DNA of 57,375 bases from Chiloscyllium plagiosum (lineage: Eukaryota). The notes below the pieces were generated by a model. It did not search any database. It saw only the letters and a program-made list of their open reading frames with translations, and had not been told where the DNA came from. Where the stretch lies: NCBI RefSeq assembly GCF_004010195.1, contig NC_057718.1:2050122-2107496 (forward strand). Reading direction: 5' to 3'. How positions within the stretch are numbered: position 1 is the first letter of the stretch; every line of letters begins with the position of its first letter. The position numbers and the translations under genes are program-made. Positions 50,200-57,375 of this stretch are shown here, one piece after another.

Positions 50200-53100
50200 A
50201 AGTAACTCCACAGAGGCCGGTATCCTGTCACCAAGTCACCCCTTTTTTCACACGTGGAGAGTCCTTGACACTGATCCAGCTCCCTCAGAGTGTCAGACTG
50301 TTTGACACTCCTCCTTTTATCTGTAAGGGCTCCCTGATTGGACCAGGTTAACAGCCCCAATCAGGGAACTCATCTTCTGTGAGGTCCACCTGGGTGACCT
50401 CATTACAGTCACAACATCCCTCCCCCTGTGAGGCTGAGGACATAGGCTGGTGTTTTTCTGTAGCTGCTCCTGGGGTGTTTCAGCACTGGGTCAAGTTCCT
50501 CCAACTCTGCCTCTGATACAGGCAGCAGCCAACACACAGTGGCTTGACTCAAGTACCCGGAGGGTCTTGGTACAAATTCATTCCGTTTTTCAAGCGGCAA
50601 AGGCATTGAGGTAGCACCATCCACTGTGTCCATCTCAGATACCAAAGAATCGTCAATGCTTGGTGAAGAGGGAGAGCCCATGGGTTCTTAGCAGTTAGAA
50701 AGGCTGTCGAGGAGCTGGGCACGGCTTGCTCCCACACTGTGAGTTTGCAGCTTTCATATGGTCCACGTGCTTGTTCAGGGCACTCACACTGACCCCATCT
50801 TTATACATCACAGGACCTGACCTTGTGTTGACCATGCCTCCTACCCATGCAGGGTCATCCCCAGGGTACTCACACCAAACTTCACCCCCTGTTGTAAACT
50901 GTCTCTCTCATTCGGCAGAACCTGGCATTCAGCATTGGAGTTCTTGATGCTGTTTCACTCTTCTCCCCAACCTGGGGTCCGGGAAGATCAGCTTGAACCT
51001 GATGCGCAGCCCCCTCCCCATTAGAAACTCTGCTGGAGCTATCCCTACAGCTACACGAGGGGTGGTCCTAGAATCAAACAGGAACCAGGACAGTTGGACA
51101 ATGGATGGGATGGAACTGTCGTTATGTGTCCAATTCCATTCAACTTTAGGAAATACTCAAATTCCCTGCTGGTAAACGATGGCCCATTATCTGTGACCAA
51201 CACTTCCAGGAACTTGTGTACTGGAAATGATGTACGCAGTTTATCTAACATTGTCCCCATGTTTAACGAATGAGCTCTCTGCACATCCAGCCACTTTGAG
51301 TGGGTGTCTACAATGACTAAGGACATTGTACCCATGTTTGGACCAGCATAGTTAATGTGTAACCGAATCCAGGGTTTACCCCGCCATTCCCACCAACATG
51401 GGGCAGCTGTTGGGGGTACGTTTTGTCCTTGTGGGCACTGCCCCACCAACATGGCTATGCCAGCGTTGAATCCTGGCCACCAGACATAACCTCTCACCAG
51501 CATCTTCATTTTGGTGACCCCTGGATGACCCTGGTGGAGATCAGCCAGTATCTGGTGGTGACCTTTGCTGGGGACAATCACTCTTGCGCCCCCATAATAA
51601 GATGCCATCCTTGACTGTGATCGGGTCTCTCCAGGTCCAGAAAGGTTTCCGTTCTGGTTGTGATGACCCTTTGGTTTCCCCCATCACCACCAGCTGGTTC
51701 AGTTTCGCCAGGGTGGGATCTTTCTGCGTCCACAGTCTGATATTGTCAGCTGTGCCTGGAAGTGTGTGCAGAAAAGTTTAAACCATTACGGAGTCTTCCA
51801 ATGGCAGTACCCCCCGGGGTGTATCTGGGGTGTCTGACCACCAGACCTTTCTTCTCTATCTGGGCTGTACATTTTCTGAACTCCTGGAATCATGCTTTAT
51901 TGGGTGTTCCTCTCCATTGGGCCACCTCAGAGCTAATACCCCCCTGATGCATTGTATGTTAATACCAGATCTCACTTGGGATCATCGTGTGCCAATACCT
52001 TGGGGGACAATAGCTGATTCTTCACTTCCCTGAAAGCTCTAGCTTGGCTACACAGCCACTCCCAAAGCTGCCCCTTTTATAAGAGTTGATGGAAAGTTGC
52101 CAGGATAGAGGCCCAGGTAACGTCTGAACTTGCCGTAATAATCCATCAGCCCAAGGAAAGACATTAGCTGCGTAAGATGTGGGAGCTGGCACTCAATTGA
52201 TCACCCTCACTTAATCTTCCAACCGATGTAACCTGGTCTTATTGATTCTGTAACCCAAGTAGGTCACTTGGGGTTTCCTGTAAAGACCTCATTCCATTCT
52301 CCCAGTTCCTCCGGCTCTATCATATCTGTTCCAGGGAGGCCACTTTGACAAGAGAGCCTCCGAAATATCCACCTTTCTCCTCAGCCCAGGATTCCCCAGC
52401 ACCATTATTGACAGGGCCCTCAACTGGGTCCAACCCATCTCCCACACTTCCATCCTCTCCCCTCTTTTCCCTCCCTCAGCAGCGGCAGGATTTCCCCTTG
52501 TCCTTCCCTCCCATCCTCTGCAGCATCCACATCCAGAGGATCATCAGTTACCATGTCCACCACCTCCAGTGAGATGCCTCCACAAGACACATATCCCCCT
52601 CCCCTCACTGCAGGGACCATTCCCTCTGGGACACCTTGGTCCACTCCTCCTTCTTGTATACCCTTGAGTTTAGAAGACTGAGAGGGGATCTGATTGAGAC
52701 ATATAAGATTATTAAAGGATTGGACACTCTGGAGGCAGGAAACATGTTTCCGCTGATGGGTGAGTGACGAACCAGAGGACACAGCTTAAAAATATGACCA
52801 TTTAGGACAGAGATGAGGAGAAACTTCTTCACCCATTTCCTGTATACATTCCCCTTGTATTTAACCTCCCCAAACGCATCACCTCACACTCGTCTGGATT
52901 GAATTCCATCTGCCATTTCTCTGCTCAACTTTGCAATGGAGCTATATCCTGCTGTACCCTTTGACAAACTTCTGCACCATCCACACCTCCACCAACTTTC
53001 ATGTTGTCTGCAAACGTACTAATTGTGCCATATACACTTCTTTCCAAATCATTTCTATATATTACAAACATGAGCGGTTTCAGCACAGATCCTTGCAGAA

Positions 53101-56100
53101 CATCAGTGCTCACAGACCTCCAGTCAGAAAAACACCAGTCCACAAGTCAGCTGGACTCACCACATAAACACTGTGGCTACAAGAGAAAGTCAGAGACTAG
53201 GGATACTGCGGGGAGTAACTCCCCTCATGACTCCCCAAAGCCTGTCCACCATCTGAAAGGTAACAGTCAGGAGGGTGAGGGAATATTCCCCACTTGCCCT
53301 GGATGGGGGCAGCTCCAACAACACTCAAGAAGCTCAACACCATCCAGGACAAAGCAGCCGCTTAATTGGCACCACATCCACAAACATCCCCTCCCTCCAC
53401 TGCCAACGCTCAGTAGCAGCAGTGTGTAACATCTACATGATGCTCTGCAGAAACTCACCAAAGATCCTCGGACAGCACCTTCCTAACCCACAGCCACTTC
53501 CATCTGGAGGGACAAGGGCAGCAGATAAATGGGAACACCACTCGGCGCAAGTTCCCCGCCGAGCCCCTCCCCATCCTGACCTGATTTTCCTACCAGTGAA
53601 GTAGGGATCACTGGCCTATAATTTCCTGGATGACCCCTGTTGCTCATTAACAGGGATTTACCCAGTTCCCTGGGTATTTACAAGGGATTATCCTGTTCCC
53701 TTTTTGCTGATGTGGATGATGTTGATAAGTCACCACCAGATGGTGCTATGTCACAGAGAATCAAACCTGACAGAACAGCGTTGGGGAAACAGAGCGTTGA
53801 CTGGGGTGACCCCTTCACAGAGCATCGACAGTCACTCAGCAAAATATACCCCCTGTTCCCTGTCCCTGTAACACCCCTACCCTACCCTGTTCCCCGGCCA
53901 ACATCTCTGTCTCAGTGAAGCTCAGCACAAGCTGGAAGAACAGCACCTCACCTTCCCCTCGGGGATCCTGCAGCCCTCCGCACTCAATATCGAGTTCAGT
54001 AACTTTAGGGCCTGATCTCCCCCATGTCCTAGCCCCCTACCCCACACACCAGGCCTTGTTATCACATAGTCTGCCATTACACACAACCCATTGTTAACCA
54101 CTAACAGTCTCCATTAACAGTGATTCACCCTCCCAGCCTGATCATTATTCACTCCTTTGTCTGTCCAACTGCTGTTCACTCCCTTTGGGCTCTATCTCCA
54201 CCTATCGTTTACTTCTAACCCCTTGCCCCATCCTTTCTTCTGCATATAAACTGACATTTTCCTAGTTACCATCAGTTCAGAGGAAAGGTCACTGAACCCA
54301 AAACGTTAACTCTGATTTCTCTTCACAGATGTTGCCAGACCTGCTGAGCTTTTCCAACAACTGTTTTTGTTGCTGAGTTACAACATGCATAGTTCATACG
54401 GATTTTATTTAGGTCACTTGGGCTGCCTGGAACACGCATTGTTTCTTTCTAAGGTGTACGCCCACCTGGGAGAAACAACTCAGCACTGTGTCCAAGTTCT
54501 CGAAGTGCTCCTTATTAGTGTCCCCTGTTATTAGCATGTCAGCTCGATAAATGGTGACCTGGGCTAGACCTTATAAAGTGTTCCCCATCATCCGCTGAAA
54601 AATGGCAAAGGCTGATGACACCCCAAAAGACAGTCTTGTACATTGGCCCAAACCTGTAAGGGTATTAATTGTAGTATAGCTCTGGGAATCCTTATTGAAC
54701 AGTAATTATAACGATACATGGCTCATGTCCAGCTTTGTGAAGTACAGCTCCTGCCAGTTTTGTTTATAAATCCCCTATACGAGGGAATTGGGAAATTATC
54801 CAGCTGCAAGAAGCAGTTTACTGTTTGTATAAAATCCCCACAAAGGTGCACTGACCCGTCAGGTTTCACAATCAGTCTGATCGGTGTTGCCCATTCCACA
54901 ATCTGGGCTGGTTTGATGTTCCCTTTGTTGCCCAGCCTCTGATTTCTGCCTCTACTTTTGCCCGGGAGGCAAATGGCACTGGGCAGGCCTTGCAGGATCA
55001 TGGGATTGCTTCCTGGTCAATACACAAGGTGCCTTGGCTTCATTGACAGTCCCTTGACCTTCCTGAAAAATGTCCAGGTATTTAATTAGAATTCACCCAG
55101 GCAGCCGTTTTCTAATTGAGAAATGTTGAGCCCCAATCAGGGTGAATCTTTCTGAACCGATATCAGTCCGTCAGCCTTGAACCCGAGCCTTTTACTACAA
55201 TCAGTGGGAACTGAAGCAGCTGCTTCTCATACAAGACCAGAACCAAAGTTTTATCCTGAATCTGTAAAGGTTCCCTGGGATAGGTTCGCAGTCTAGACAA
55301 GGTCATATGCAAACTTAAGGGTTAGAGTGCAGAGTGAATCTTGTTAGAGCCACACCAGTATCAAGCTCCATTAGAACCCGGTCACCATTTAACCAGATGT
55401 TTATTTTGGTTGGTTCTGATATGGATGTTGCTGAGTAATGTAACTGCTCCAAACCAGCTGTAGGTGGGCTTTCCAGTCTCCTGGATATCAGCCTACACGT
55501 TCCCTGACTCAGTCCAGGTCTGGTTAGACTCCTTTACTGTCTCGAGTCCACATAGCGCTGCACCTACAATGCCGTGAGGGGCAGGATCCTGAAGAAAAGG
55601 TTAACCATTTGGCTGAGACTTGGCTTTGTTTTGGTGTTTTGCTATTGGCTGACATGGAGTCCCTCTGTTCAGGATATGTCCAGAGTGAGGCTGGGCAATT
55701 GCCTTTGTTCAAGTGATGTCCCCCAAGGTCAGTCAGCCTGAGGAGGGTGTCCCCTTCCATCAGTGTACCTTGTAATTCATATGCTCCACTTGCTGCCTTT
55801 TCCAATGACAAAGCCAGTTGTAGTGTCTGTCTGAATTCCAGCTGGGCTTCAGCAATAGGCACTTTTGTAAGGTTATACTATTCATCCCACATAGTGAACG
55901 GTCTGTCAGCATCTCATTAAGGGTTAAAACAAAGTCACATGCTCTTTCAGTTGTCATAACCTCATCAAAAATCCTGATACAAATTCCCCTGTATCTTGAA
56001 TTCCTAAGTAAACCCCATAGCGTCTCAGGAGGCTTGGGGGTAACATTATTCCTTAACTAAATCTGTCAACTCTCAAAAGGTTTTAGTAATCTGGTGCCTC

Positions 56101-56601
56101 AGGGAAAGTTAGGTTTCAAATCACCAAAAGTATTGTGGATCTGTGAGCTGTCTGAAGAATTACCAGTTGCTTTTCATGAGCCCCAGTGTTATTTACTTGG
56201 TAAAATAATGCATTCTTTCCACATCCTGGGCCCAGTCTTTGACAACAGGATCAAACACGTCAAGATTCCCAAATATTGGCCCGATGTCAGAAATACTTAC
56301 CCCAACTCAAAGACAATTGTTGTCAGCAAATTTCTTCAGGAACATGCTTTGCTCTCGTCACCACTGAAATAACTTCACAGAGGTTAGTATCCCCATCACC
56401 AAGTCCCCTTTTACTTACTTGTGGAGAGTCCTTGACCCTGTTTCAACTGTCTCAGAGCCAGCTCTCAGAGTGAACACAACCCCTGAAACTCCAGTTTATA
56501 TCTGTCAGCCAGGATTCCCTTATTGACCCTGGTTCACAGCCCCAATCAGGGAACTCATATTCTCTGATATTCACCTGGCTGACCCCATTCCAATCTGAAC
56601 A
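50200..56601 (-). mobile_element. Decayed Gypsy/Ty3 LTR retrotransposon with both LTRs (about 50200-50416 and 56365-56601) and nested CR1/PLE insertions (about 52280-54370)
   Basis: The diverged LTR pair shares 'tcaccaagtc...gtggagagtccttgac...cagccccaatcagggaactcat'. PBS-like TGGTGACGAG (minus) lies next to the 5' LTR and a polypurine tract AGGGGGAGGGA precedes the 3' LTR. Integrase ORF 51051..51608 (LHQGHPG, VTDNGPSFTSREF); RT remnant ATPI..IVKPDGSVHLCGDF. Confidence 0.92.
53729..53748 (+). promoter_or_regulatory. Candidate CTCF-binding motif
   Basis: GTCACCACCAGATGGTGCTA resembles the vertebrate CTCF core CCACCAG(G/A)(G/T)GGCGCT; matched by eye only. Confidence 0.35.
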
Positions 56602-56746
56602 AGAGCGACCGAGAGAAAGACTGAGGAACAAGGTGAGATGGTGGGAACACTGAGATTGGGGGAGGCTGTCCTGAAATGGGTGAATGCAATTAAACCCCCA
56701 GCTGCTGCTGTTTTTCACAGGTTTATTGGGTTTTTTTAATGTTCAG

Positions 56747-56810
56747 TGAGGAGAACGATGTGCTGCCCAAAGCTCATACTGTGCCTGGGTCACCGAGTGA
56801 GGAAGTGTAA
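56747..56810 (+). CDS. Candidate terminal cytoplasmic exon (R)EENDVLPKAHTVPGSPSEEV*
   Basis: Acceptor tttttttaatgttcag|; phase 2 matches the TM-exon donor; first unique sequence after the Gypsy insertion. An alternative acceptor at 56720 and an internal donor at 56797 are also possible. Confidence 0.45.
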
Positions 56811-56949
56811 GACCCTCAGACCATGTGCAGTCCCCCCTCCCAGCTTCAGGTGGTCTGGAATGATGAGGCCCACATGTTGGGATCACACATAATTCTTCAC
56901 TAAAATAACTGGAGGTCCCTCTGCCCCCTTCCTGGTTTGTATATATTGA

Positions 56950-57375
56950 TGCATGGGTGTGACAATATGATTGTGAATGCTTGTGTGTTAGTGTGTACCT
57001 GTGTAAGTGAGTGTGAGTGAGCATGTATGTTAGTGTGAGAATGTCTGTGTGTATGGGGTGGTCTGCACATGTATGGTGAGTGGGCATGTATGGAGTTGCT
57101 GTGTGCGGAGGTAGTGAGTGGGTGTGGATATGTGCTGGAGGTGTAGTTGTGTGTGTGTGTGTGGGAGGGGCTGGTGTGTACGGGGGTGATGGGTGAGTGT
57201 GGATATTTTGGTGGGAGTGCAAGTGTATGTGTGTGTGGGTAGGGGTGGTTATGGGGGTGTGCGTGCATTTATGGGTGGCGTGCGTGTGTTGAGGTGCTGC
57301 ATGTGTGCAGTGCAGGGGTCAAGCTGTGTGTGTGTGGGTGTGTGCGTGCGCACGTGGTTGGGTGGATGTGTGTTG
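56950..57375. repeat. Degenerate GT-rich simple repeat
   Basis: Directly visible. Confidence 0.9.

Overview
This is a eukaryotic, repeat-rich window from a cartilaginous fish. HE1-type and Deu-type SINEs, CR1 LINEs and Penelope-like fragments point to an elasmobranch, probably a shark (inference). The one well-supported host gene is a + strand, multi-exon immunoglobulin-superfamily type I membrane protein. Exon V1 (18456-18803) encodes a germline-joined VJ-type V domain. A giant 4.5-kb exon (24736-29238) encodes a second VJ-type V domain followed by about 1,390 aa of 14-aa (42-bp) Asn/Gly/Ser/Ile/Glu repeats packed with N-glycosylation sequons. A transmembrane exon follows at 49492-49627, and there is a candidate short cytoplasmic exon at 56747-56810. 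All splice phases join in frame (1-1-1-2). The leader exon was not identified. The stalk appears to have arisen by tandem amplification of the V2 J-segment itself. The introns hold a perfectly homogeneous 7.3-kb 36-bp satellite, a 29-bp minisatellite, a decayed Gypsy LTR element, a solo LTR, MITEs, and many Penelope-derived elements from three families that carry minimal hammerhead ribozyme cores. Three N-gaps may hide exons. All calls were made by eye and no database searches were run.
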